The notes under the pieces: generated by a model | Database searches by the model: none | What the model was told of the DNA's origin: nothing | The model's input: only the letters and a program-made list of their open reading frames with translations | Made by a program: the position numbers and the translations under genes | From: Candidatus Heimdallarchaeota archaeon | GTDB taxonomy: Archaea; Asgardarchaeota; Heimdallarchaeia; Heimdallarchaeales; Heimdallarchaeaceae | Reading direction: 5' to 3' | NCBI GenBank assembly: GCA_016840095.1 | Contig: JAEOSZ010000111.1 | Span: 64,001-128,000 of the forward strand | Length of the DNA stretch: 64,000 nt | In this document: positions 1-10,000 of the stretch, in pieces | Position numbering within the stretch: position 1 is the stretch's first letter | How the letters are laid out: each line of letters begins with the position of its first letter

Positions 1-92
1 TATTCCTTCTAACAAGGGTATCTTTACAAGAACTACCCACCTTTTCGGCAGTAGAAATGACCTCTACTTCTTATGGAAAAAAAAACTGTGAT

Positions 93-755
93 TTATTTGA
101 TTCCTACGCCACGAATTCCTCGATGAGCTATCCAATTAATTATTTCGTTCCTGATTTCTTCAATACCTTCTAGTGTAACACATGAGGAATTAACAGCCTT
201 GATATGATTTACATCAATTGGGAGGTTGTGATCAGCTATGTATTCGTATATTGTAGCAATAATCTGATCAATATCCTTTTGTCTTGGCTTTTCAAGGTCT
301 ACTTTATTTGGAACAAGAAGAATCAAAGTGTCCTCATAAATCCATTCCTTGACTATTGCAAATCTTAACCAAACTTCTAGAGACTCTAAAGTACTAAATC
401 TAGTAACATCATATATTAGTAATAAAACTGAAACTCTTAATAGTGCTGGAAAACAATCAAAGACTGATAGGATTTCATCAAAAGTAGTACTTCTAGCAGA
501 TGCTTTTTGCCTTTGCCCTGGAAACACATAGAATTGTAGTGTTGCAGTAACAGGTAAGTTTTCAACATCCACAACCTCACTACTAAACTCGATTTCAATG
601 TTATAGGATTTTTTGGTTTTTAGAAGGATATCATTTAACTCTTCATCAGATACATCTGGATTTATTATCAAACGTGATAGAACTGATTTTCCTGTAAAAC
701 CATCTCCCAATGGTATTACTGAACCGGTAGCATAGTGTTTGAATTCATCTGCCAT
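93..755 (-). CDS. Atypical Ras/Rab-superfamily small GTPase (paralog 2)
   Basis: G1 GDGFTGKS, G4 NKVD, G5 SCV and the Rab-like segment LLIYDVT; G3 DxxG is replaced by FPGQ. Confidence 0.75.
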   Translation of the reverse strand: MADEFKHYATGSVIPLGDGFTGKSVLSRLIINPDVSDEELNDILLKTKKSYNIEIEFSSEVVDVENLPVTATLQFYVFPGQRQKASARSTTFDEILSVFDCFPALLRVSVLLLIYDVTRFSTLESLEVWLRFAIVKEWIYEDTLILLVPNKVDLEKPRQKDIDQIIATIYEYIADHNLPIDVNHIKAVNSSCVTLEGIEEIRNEIINWIAHRGIRGVGIK

Positions 756-841
756 AGTATTCGACCTCTAAAACATTTTTCCAGACTGTTCATTATTAAC
801 AAGTGTATTTGTGGTTAAAATTCTTTTCAAAGAAGCAACCT

Positions 842-1537
842 TCATTTTGTACCTATCCCTTGAATACCATTTTCAGCAATCCAAAACAGGATCTCTTCTC
901 TTAAAAGCTTCAAACCTTCCAATGAGACACAAGAAGTATTTATAGATCTCACCTGATACTCATTGATTTGAATTCCCTTATCAAGAATCATAGAATAAAT
1001 GCCAAACAGTAATTGCTGAATATAATCTAAATTAGGTTCTTTTAAATCGATTTTATTCGAAATAAGTAAGACCAGAGTCTTTTCATGAATCCATCCTTGT
1101 GCTAGTGCTACTTTTAGCCACATCTCTAATGACTTCAATGTATTTGATCTTGAAGAATCATACACTAACAATAAGACTGATATTTTCTGCATAGCTGGAA
1201 AATAAGAGAAAATTGAAAGTATCTCATCAAAAGTTGTAATTCTTTTAGATTCTTTCTGTCTTTGACCTGGAAAAACATAGAACTGTAAAGAAGTATTTAT
1301 CTCCTCTTTGCCAAAAGAAATTCTCTCACTAGAAAATTCTAATTCAATGTTTAATGATTTTTTAGTGTTAAGTATGATATCTTGATGTTCCTCTACTGTG
1401 ATATCTGGATTGATAAGTAGTCTAGTTATAACTGATTTTCCAGTTAAACCGTCCCCTAAAGGTAAAATTGAGCCGGTTGAGTAGAGTTGTGTCACAATCG
1501 TCATCAGTATCGCGCAGGATTCTATATTTTTATACAA
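842..1537 (-). CDS. Atypical Ras/Rab-superfamily small GTPase (paralog 1); real start probably MTIVTQ near 1504
   Basis: G1 GDGLTGKS, FPGQ at G3, NKID, SCV; clearly paralogous to 93..755. Confidence 0.75.
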   Translation of the reverse strand: MYKNIESCAILMTIVTQLYSTGSILPLGDGLTGKSVITRLLINPDITVEEHQDIILNTKKSLNIELEFSSERISFGKEEINTSLQFYVFPGQRQKESKRITTFDEILSIFSYFPAMQKISVLLLVYDSSRSNTLKSLEMWLKVALAQGWIHEKTLVLLISNKIDLKEPNLDYIQQLLFGIYSMILDKGIQINEYQVRSINTSCVSLEGLKLLREEILFWIAENGIQGIGTK

Positions 1538-1578
1538 TTATAATATTTTTCTATGTGTCAACAATTGAACACACGATT

Positions 1579-2226
1579 TTAGATTCTTCCTCCATAAATG
1601 AGTCTGTTCTCTTCAACGCTTCTAGAAGCTAGATTATTATCGTGAACTACACAGATTTCTCTTCTGCCATCTTTGCATTTATGTACGGGATGTAGCTTGT
1701 ATGAGACTGTTCCAAATACTTCTTCAACTTGAATTCCTCTTTCTAATGTAAATGCGTGATCTCTGACTACATCAGCAACAGTATATGTTAAAACCTTATT
1801 ACAGTTATCACACTTAACTACAAACATTTCATTAAGATGTGTTAGAACTCTATCAGTGTCGGTGATTTTTAGAAAAATCCCTATGGCTTCTTCATCTGGT
1901 ATATGTTTCCCTAAAATATCACGAAGCATATTTCTTATTGCTAAGATTGTTACTATAGTAAAGATTCCACCAAAGAAGTAAACAAATGAAACAATAAGCA
2001 AATCATTTGCAACTGGAATAATATCAATGCCTCCCATCTCAAGAGCATTAATGATATAACCTACAACGAAGAAAACGAGCATGATTTGTACAAAAAACCA
2101 TCTTCTATTACTAAAAGCTCGTCTCCCTAACAATCTCATTACAAGGGTTAAAGTTGTGATTGTTGTTATCAGGATTATAACTCCTACAGCTGTAAGAACG
2201 ATACCTATTATTACATCAACATCCAT
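1579..2226 (-). CDS. 3-TM membrane protein with cytoplasmic Cys/His (putative Zn-binding) domain
   Basis: Three hydrophobic segments in the first ~100 aa, then CDNC ... HKC ... VH. Confidence 0.6.
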   Translation of the reverse strand: MDVDVIIGIVLTAVGVIILITTITTLTLVMRLLGRRAFSNRRWFFVQIMLVFFVVGYIINALEMGGIDIIPVANDLLIVSFVYFFGGIFTIVTILAIRNMLRDILGKHIPDEEAIGIFLKITDTDRVLTHLNEMFVVKCDNCNKVLTYTVADVVRDHAFTLERGIQVEEVFGTVSYKLHPVHKCKDGRREICVVHDNNLASRSVEENRLIYGGRI

Positions 2227-2314
2227 GAAACTTTTACAAAAACATTGAATATAACACTTTGCAAAGCACCAATTTACTAATCCATTTCAACATTGTTAAG
2301 TCTCATTCGAAGGA

Positions 2315-2560
2315 TTAAAGGAGTTGCTTAATTTTTTCTACTCCCAAGACTCTTCCTTCAATTATTACTTTACCATCTATTCTTAATGCCGGTGTCATGA
2401 AGACATCAAGATCTGCAAATTTAGTTACATCAGTAAAATGTTCAACTTTGTATTCATCTTCTTTTCCTACTTCTTTAACTGCTTCAAGAACTAGTTCATA
2501 CTGTTTTTCACATTTCTGACAGCCTTTTCCGATAACCTGTATCAATTTCATATCTGACAT
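2315..2560 (-). CDS. Small thioredoxin-like redox-active disulfide protein (MTH895/ArsE-like)
   Basis: GKGCQKC and TPALRIDG motifs; directly follows an ArsP-like permease. Confidence 0.85.
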   Translation of the reverse strand: MSDMKLIQVIGKGCQKCEKQYELVLEAVKEVGKEDEYKVEHFTDVTKFADLDVFMTPALRIDGKVIIEGRVLGVEKIKQLL

Positions 2561-2574
2561 ATTTTCACCTCATA

Positions 2575-3954
2575 TTAAAAAAATGTTATTGGTTCTTTCG
2601 AAACTATCAAACCGAATAATAAACCAGCTAACACTGTAAATATAATTACTAATATTAAATAAACGAAATTTTTCTTATCTCCTATGAACTTTCGAGTTAC
2701 TAAAATGCTTTGAATGGATAGTTCTGGATCTGCCAGTAGATAAGCAAGTAAGACCCCTCTAGCCATTCCAAGATCTAGAAACATTTGAGCAATTGGTACT
2801 TCCATTAATGTAGGAAAATAAGCAACTACACCAAAAGTTACACCGATTAGATTTGCAGTTAGTGAATTTCTACCCACAAGATTCTGAATCAATTCTGGTG
2901 GAATTAATTCTTTCAACATCCCTGCTATAAAGACACCAATGATTAGATAGAGGAAGATTTTCTTTACGAAAAACCAGGTTTCTCTCATCCATTCCTTCCT
3001 CTCTTCTTTATCAATTCTTTTTATAACATAAACGACCATTGCAATTCCAACTACAATTGATAGTACTGCTTTTATCCCCATATTTGATATATCTACAACA
3101 AATGATTCCGATTTGAAATACTCAAAAGAACCAGGTAACACTGCATTATTAGGATCAGAAATTGTGAAATAATTAATTTGGGAAGTACCTGTAAATAGAA
3201 GATAAATCAAACCTGAGAAAAGATTGATTTTATTGTTCTTTACAATGAAAAAACAACCAATTAACAAAGACAAACCTGCACCCCAGATAATAGTTTGGAT
3301 TAATGGTGGATTGGTAACTCCCATGGATTGAAGATTATTTCTATTAAAAACAGCAATTAACACCCCTACAACAAGCACAGATAAAACAAGAGCTCCTTTT
3401 CCAACTGTAAAGAGATTAATCTTCTTTCTTTCCTTAATTTCGGTTTTAGATTCTTCAATATCCATTTTAGATGTTTCTACATCTTCAATCAATTTCTTTT
3501 TCTTATCTTTGAAAATAAGATCCATTAGAAGACCAATAATAATTGCAAAAGAAAGCGCAAGTATTGCTCTAGCTATAGCAATATCCATCCCAATTAGTGT
3601 ACCTGTATAAGTTAAAGCCAATATATTCACAGCTGGTGCAGAGAATAGGAAAGTCATTGCTGGTCCAAGGCCTGCACCTTTTTTCTTAATTCCTGCGAAT
3701 AAAGGTAGAACAGTACAAGAGCATACCGCCAACAACAAACCTGAAATTGCAGCTACTGGATATGCTACTATTTTTCTAGAATCCTTACCCATATACTTAA
3801 CGATAAGTTCCTTTGGAACAAATACTATCATTGCCCCAGCGATAAAAAATGCAGGAATTAAACAAAGAAGCACATGAAGAGACAAATAATCTGCAAGTGC
3901 AAAAACTCCTCCTTGTAACATTGATAAAACTGTTAGCCAAAATGCAGAAGCCAT
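2575..3954 (-). CDS. arsP: ArsP/DUF318 family permease
   Basis: HVLLCLIPAFFIAG, VCSCTVLPLF, APAVN and YFPTLMEVP motifs; multiple TM helices. Confidence 0.8.
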   Translation of the reverse strand: MASAFWLTVLSMLQGGVFALADYLSLHVLLCLIPAFFIAGAMIVFVPKELIVKYMGKDSRKIVAYPVAAISGLLLAVCSCTVLPLFAGIKKKGAGLGPAMTFLFSAPAVNILALTYTGTLIGMDIAIARAILALSFAIIIGLLMDLIFKDKKKKLIEDVETSKMDIEESKTEIKERKKINLFTVGKGALVLSVLVVGVLIAVFNRNNLQSMGVTNPPLIQTIIWGAGLSLLIGCFFIVKNNKINLFSGLIYLLFTGTSQINYFTISDPNNAVLPGSFEYFKSESFVVDISNMGIKAVLSIVVGIAMVVYVIKRIDKEERKEWMRETWFFVKKIFLYLIIGVFIAGMLKELIPPELIQNLVGRNSLTANLIGVTFGVVAYFPTLMEVPIAQMFLDLGMARGVLLAYLLADPELSIQSILVTRKFIGDKKNFVYLILVIIFTVLAGLLFGLIVSKEPITFF

Positions 3955-3971
3955 TTACTTATTCCTGTTTC

Positions 3972-3991
3972 ATATCGAAAAAACACGATAT
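3972..3991. promoter_or_regulatory. Putative ArsR/SmtB operator, inverted repeat ATATCG-N8-CGATAT
   Basis: Palindromic arms between the divergent arsP and arsR genes, adjacent to a minus-strand TATA-like TTTATATA. Confidence 0.55.
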
Positions 3992-4053
3992 ATAAATTTG
4001 TTGGTTTTACTGTCTGGAACATACTTGATTCTAACTTTCTTATAGAAACTTTT

Positions 4054-4509
4054 ATGGCTTTTAACAGAAATTATATTTTGAAAATGTCTAGCAAAGAACA
4101 CCAGCAATCAACTAGAGAACTTGAACAGAAACTAAATCAGTTACATGAACAAGGTATTGTAAGTGAAGCAGCGAACGAGAGAATAAAAGAATTAGAAAGG
4201 ATTGAAGCAAAAGTGCCAGAAATGAAGAAGGATAAGGAACTCAATAAGATGTTAAAATTATTCAAGGCATTGGCAAACAAAAATAGGTTACTTATTCTTA
4301 AACTACTAATAAATGGTGTTAGATGTGCATGTGAAATTGAACACTTGCTAGGGCTTTCACAGTCAACAGTGTCTCACCATATCAGTACTCTCATTGAAGT
4401 TGGTGCAATTGAAGCAATTAAGAGTGGAAAATGGAATCTAGTAGAATTACCTGAAAATAGTTTTTCAAAGGAGTACTTTTTTTCATTAATAGAAGAAACT
4501 TTAGCTTAA
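4054..4509 (+). CDS. ArsR/SmtB family metal-responsive repressor
   Basis: FKALANKNRLLIL ... RCACEI ... SQSTVSHH winged-HTH motif with CxC. Confidence 0.9.
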   Translation: MAFNRNYILKMSSKEHQQSTRELEQKLNQLHEQGIVSEAANERIKELERIEAKVPEMKKDKELNKMLKLFKALANKNRLLILKLLINGVRCACEIEHLLGLSQSTVSHHISTLIEVGAIEAIKSGKWNLVELPENSFSKEYFFSLIEETLA

Positions 4510-4621
4510 GTTATTTTTCAAAACCAAAATTCTAATTTCATTTTTTTCTTCATCTTCATTCAGAAACTTTTAAAGAAACTAATCGCCATTTCGATGTTGA
4601 CTATTATTAACCGTGATGTAA

Positions 4622-5866
4622 ATGTATGAACAATTCAGAGATATAGGTCCTCATTTTGAGTTATCAGATACACATAAAATGGTAAAACAAAGTGTGCGAG
4701 AATTTGCTGAAGCAGAAATTGCACCGCATATAAAGGAGTGGGATCAAGCCCATACTTTTCATAAGCCAATTTTAAAGAAGATGGCAGAACAAGGGATATT
4801 AGGTTTAAGTATTCCTGTAAAATACGGAGGAGGAGGTTTAGATTACATATCACTTGCCATTGCATGTGAAGAACTAGAAAGAATAGATACAGCCTTCAGA
4901 GTCATTCTATCGGTACATAATGGACTTGTTACATCAACTATCTGGCAATGGGGAAATATGGATCAGAAGAAACAATATTTACCAATGCTTGCAACAGGAG
5001 AAAAGATGAGTACTTTTGGATTAACAGAAGCTTCTGCTGGGAGTGATCCAGCGGGACTCAAATCCACATGTAAACTTGAAGGTGATGAATGGATACTCAA
5101 TGGGGAAAAGATGTGGATTAGTTACACTGAATCTTCAGATGTATTCTTAATGTTCGCATATGAAGTAGATGTTCGTCACAAAGGTATGCGTGCTTTCATT
5201 GTTGAAAGAGATTTTGGAGGAATTACAACAGGTAATTTGGAACATAAGATGGGAATAAAAGCAGGTGAAACTGGTTGGATAGCCATGGACAATGTTCCTG
5301 TTCCCAAAGAGAATCTAGTAGGTCTACCCGAAGAAGGTTTCAAAATAGCAATGGGAGCTTTAGATTGGGGAAGATACACTGTTGCTGGTGGAGCAGTAGG
5401 TGGAGCTAAAGCTGCCTTAGAAGCTGCTGTGACCTATGCTAATGAAAGAGAGACCTTTGGTAAGAAAATTGGTCATCACCAACTTGTTCAAGGAATGATT
5501 GCAGAATCTGTTTCCGACATCGAAGCTGCAGAATTATTAACTTGGAAAGCAGGTTGGACAAAGAACTTAGGGAAAGTAAATACAAGAGAAACAGCTTTGG
5601 CAAAATGGTATGCGACAAATGCAGCTGTAAGATGCGCCGATAGAGCTATACAAATTCATGGAGCTTATGGTTTTTCCGATGATTATCCTGTCGCTAGATA
5701 TTACAGGAATGTTCGTGGAGCAACTATCTATGAAGGAAGTAACGAAATCCAAAAGATAATCCAAGCAAGATATGAACTTGGCTACTATGAGGATAAGCCA
5801 CTTAGATGTATGCCACCCAAATACGACCCAGATGAATGGGCAAAAGAAGAAACAGACAAATTTTAG
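4622..5866 (+). CDS. Acyl-CoA dehydrogenase
   Basis: FGLTEASAGSD, LNGEKMWIS, QIHGAYG and IYEGSNEIQ motifs. Confidence 0.95.
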   Translation: MYEQFRDIGPHFELSDTHKMVKQSVREFAEAEIAPHIKEWDQAHTFHKPILKKMAEQGILGLSIPVKYGGGGLDYISLAIACEELERIDTAFRVILSVHNGLVTSTIWQWGNMDQKKQYLPMLATGEKMSTFGLTEASAGSDPAGLKSTCKLEGDEWILNGEKMWISYTESSDVFLMFAYEVDVRHKGMRAFIVERDFGGITTGNLEHKMGIKAGETGWIAMDNVPVPKENLVGLPEEGFKIAMGALDWGRYTVAGGAVGGAKAALEAAVTYANERETFGKKIGHHQLVQGMIAESVSDIEAAELLTWKAGWTKNLGKVNTRETALAKWYATNAAVRCADRAIQIHGAYGFSDDYPVARYYRNVRGATIYEGSNEIQKIIQARYELGYYEDKPLRCMPPKYDPDEWAKEETDKF

Positions 5867-5932
5867 TCTTTCTTTCTATTTTTTTATTGTTTTCTAATAA
5901 ATATTAAATATAACTCCGGAATATTCAAAATT

Positions 5933-6589
5933 ATGTCAGATGATAATGTGTTCATTGTTCTTTATGATTTATCTGACAAAAAGTTAACTGAATCTTTATA
6001 CGATTATAGTGATATAATAATTAAACATTGGAAATTTCTTAAGGCATTAAAGAGCGAAAAAAAATTGCTATTCTCTGGTACAACTCTTGATTCATTCCTT
6101 GAATTTGCAATCATTAAAACTGATACAAGAGAAGAAGCACAAAGACTAGTAAGCAATGATCCTTTTGTCTATAATCGATTACTCCAAGTTTTTCTTTATG
6201 AATTTAGAACCTCTCTTCTAACAAAGGAAAATACTATAGAAGTATTGGAAGAGGAATTTTTAGATATTGAATCTATTTATGATGAAGATACAGAATTCTA
6301 TATGGGAACCATAACAGCTAGGCCTACTTTTATTAATGATATGACAGAAGAAGAAGAAAAAATAATGAGTGATCATTTTGAACATCTGAAAAAGAAATTT
6401 GATAATAAGCAACTATTACTCGCAGGACCAATTTTATCTGAAGGGCAATTTGGAGTATCAGTATTTACAGCTGAAAATCTGAATGAGGCAGATGAATTTG
6501 TGCAAAATGATCCAGCTGTTATTGAAGGAATTATGAAACCTGAGGTTCATCCTTTTCGAATTTTTCTAATTGAGAAAAATAAGGATTAA
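5933..6589 (+). CDS. Tandem YCII-like domain protein
   Basis: Two repeats of H..L....G.. / NDP (HWKFLK..NDPF; HFEHLK..AGP..NDPA). Confidence 0.75.
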   Translation: MSDDNVFIVLYDLSDKKLTESLYDYSDIIIKHWKFLKALKSEKKLLFSGTTLDSFLEFAIIKTDTREEAQRLVSNDPFVYNRLLQVFLYEFRTSLLTKENTIEVLEEEFLDIESIYDEDTEFYMGTITARPTFINDMTEEEEKIMSDHFEHLKKKFDNKQLLLAGPILSEGQFGVSVFTAENLNEADEFVQNDPAVIEGIMKPEVHPFRIFLIEKNKD

Positions 6590-7017
6590 GAGAATTTTGC
6601 TTCTATCTCTTTTATTGCATCTTTCATTATTTGGTTAACTTCATCAGCAAGCTCATTTAGTTTATCCACTTTAACAACGCTCATAGCTTCCTTAGGATTT
6701 AATGCAGAAACAACAATCTTTCCATTTTCGTTTTCATAGATAATAACATTACATGGTAATAATGCACCTATTTCTGGAACTAGAACAATAGCTTTGTGTG
6801 CAAATGGAGGATTACATGCTCCAAGAATTTTGTATGGACGAATATCTGCATCAATTTTCTTCTTCAAAGTTTCTTTAGCATCTATTTCAGTTAGTATTCC
6901 AAATCCATGATCTGCTAGCACTTTGCGTGTGACCTTTTCAACCTCACTGAATTTATCATAACCAACATTGAGTTCTGTGGAAATAACAAGTGACATAAAT
7001 AATTGTATGTCACCCAA
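6586..7017 (-). CDS. DUF302 family protein
   Basis: GFGILTEID, YKILGACNPPFA and LLPCNV motifs. Confidence 0.9.
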   Translation of the reverse strand: MGDIQLFMSLVISTELNVGYDKFSEVEKVTRKVLADHGFGILTEIDAKETLKKKIDADIRPYKILGACNPPFAHKAIVLVPEIGALLPCNVIIYENENGKIVVSALNPKEAMSVVKVDKLNELADEVNQIMKDAIKEIEAKFS

Positions 7018-7043
7018 CCAAATAAGTTTTTACATTAGAAAGA

Positions 7044-10000
7044 TTAGTTTCTTTTTTTCTTTCGCAATATAAAAACCATAAGTGAAATTGTCATTAAGGC
7101 TAGAAAGATTGTATATCCTGAAGTTTTCTCTGTTTTCTCAGTTACTGTAATGAGAACTTCATCAACCATATAATTGCCACTAGTGTCAAATACTATTAGT
7201 GTATAATTATACATGCCTTGAGACCAACCATCAATGTTGAATACTATATCCTCAGAATTAGTCCAAACTCCTGTCTTATTTGATGTTCCATTGATGTATA
7301 GTATGTAGTTATCTGGTTTCAGATCCAAAGCTACCCAGCTTAAGACATTCCCTAAACTTCCTTCTTCATAACTCCTATCAGATGGTCCTAAAAGTTCTGG
7401 AAGAGTTGTATCTACAACTACAACAAGGACTTCATCAGTAATCATATTGTTGTATAAATCATAGAATTCAATTTTGTAAATATACTCACCTAGTTCATGT
7501 CCATCCAAATCAACAGTTATTGGTACTCCATTACTCCAACTAGCAGCTTGGATATTCACATCATTGATATAAAGAATATAGTTATCTGGATTAATATCTT
7601 GAGCATTCCAATCTATTTCAAAACCGACATCTCCCAACTCAAAGAATACATCTTCTTGTTCAATCAATGAGGGAACATCAATATCAGGAAGAACAGTTAC
7701 ATTCACGAAATCAGATAATGTATTGCTGTAAATGTCGTAGAATACAATTTCATATGTATAATTACCCTCACTTAATCCATCAATATTTACTACAATTATC
7801 TGACCACTAGAATATGATCGACCAAATTGGTAAACATCATTAAGATATACTAAATATGCAGCTGGTTTTAGATCAGTACCAATCCAGGTGATGGTATTTC
7901 CTGTACTTCCTACAATATAACTAACGTCCTCTGGTTGTGTTACAACTGGAGCAGTTGTATCTTCAACAGTTACTATTACTTCGCTGGATGTAACATTGTT
8001 ATCGAAATTATCATGAATTTCAAGATAGTAGGAATAGGTTCCCACATCTAAACCATCAACACTTATTTCTATCAAGTCAATATTAGTCCAATTGCTCTCA
8101 TATAAGAAAGCACTATCTCTATAGACTCTATAAAATGAAGGACTTAAATCAGTTACATTGTAAAATAGAGAATTATTAATTGAACCCAATTCATAGGTGA
8201 AGCTAACTGAACTTCCTAAAATTGTAGGGTAGACATTATCTATTGTTATCTGTCCAACTACATCCGTGGCAGTTAAACTGACTTGATCAACAACTATTAT
8301 CTGAATTTCATATGTTGAGTATTCTGGTAAAGATGATGTGTCCCAAAGCAATGGATTATAGAAATCACTGTCAGAATCAGTTATGTTTTGCCAACTTATC
8401 CAATCTAGACCATCCCAATACCGATATTGCCAAAATGCATCTTGAATATCTGCAAAGTCTGTAGTCCACTCTAGAGAGACCGTTCCCTTCAGAATATCAT
8501 TATCATGTAAACTCGTAATGTTAACATTCGGAATTGTATTGTCAACTGTATATTGTTGAGTTACAGCAGAAGTAAATGTATTACCAAATAAATCTGTAAC
8601 TTTGACTTTGAAATTATAATTAGCACCATCAGTTAACGTTGTAGTGTCTAAATCGTAATAGTTGCTAGTAGTAGTTGCTAATGATGTAGAATCAACAAAC
8701 CACTCATAATTTGCTATGTCTGGATCATTGCCAGTTACGCCAAGTCTTGTGATTCCACTGATATATGTAACACTTTGGTTAATATATGTAGGACTCACAT
8801 TGGATAATGTTATTTCTGCACCATGATGCTCAGCTTCATAGTCCATTATTAGTACTTCACCATATCTAGTTAAAGGAGATGTTTTTCCTAATCCGTCATA
8901 TAACTGAAAATCAAGGAAAAGTCGTTGATCATGTTCTCCTGCAAGTTCTGTGAGATTGAAAAGATTGTGTATTGTTGTAGTAAATACTTTGTGTCCACCT
9001 ATAGTATAAATATATGATAAACTAGTCAAAGTAGTTTCATAAATAATTGTATCAGGGAATGGAAATGGGTTATCCAATACAATTCTGAAGTACATGCTTT
9101 GTATTTCGTCATCCCTTTCATATGCTCCTACATTATCGTATGCTGCTACTATCCAATCTGTTGTTTCATGAACATAGACATTATCTCCCACCATATACGA
9201 ACCACTGAAGTGTGATGCACCTTCATACAAAACAGGTCCTTTATTGTTAGTCTTAATCCAGATTGCTGTATTTGAATCGCCATTTCCAAGTCTATCCTCA
9301 GTATAATAACTCATTTGATAACCTGGATCTGCGTCAGGTAGATTGTTTACATTCCAATTAATAACCCCGTCTCCCGTTCCAATAGTTTGCCAGGTATTGA
9401 AGACATTTCTATACATCCAGATGTCTTCAGTTCTATCAACTCCACAACCATAAATATCAATTGGGTTTGCATAATCTTCAGATAATTCCAAAATACCTGA
9501 AGTGATATCATTTAACGAAGATGAACTAGATTTCACCAAATTATCATAGTTGACATCTGAAGATGTACTAATATAATCCCAACGGAAATACTCCCCATAA
9601 GATCTTATATTCTCAAAATAGGTATCCTTAACCTCAAAAGTAACTAATGAACTTCCCGAACTGCCTTTGTTAAACCAAGGACTAACACCATAATCATTAC
9701 TAGTAGGTGTCCAATCACTCCATGCATCTGAATCAAGTCTCCAACGGTATTCATGGGTTCCAGTTCCAGGGATACCTTCTATGGGAGTAAAATCAGCTCT
9801 GAATTTCACACTATTTTTTAAATATTCAGGACTTGTGACATGTGATCCACCATAATAATATATTATGTCATCAACAATTGGACCTTCCATTGTTGGCGGC
9901 TCTCTGTCGAATACTTGTAAGTAATAATCCTCAGCTAAAGCTGATGCAACAACAGTTAAATCAGCAGCTTGTGTTTTGAAACCAAACCATAATAACCGAT

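Noticed and set aside
25-75. Two overlapping potential hairpins on the minus strand at the window edge
   Set aside because: Truncated context and no recognisable RNA family; may just be terminator-region structure
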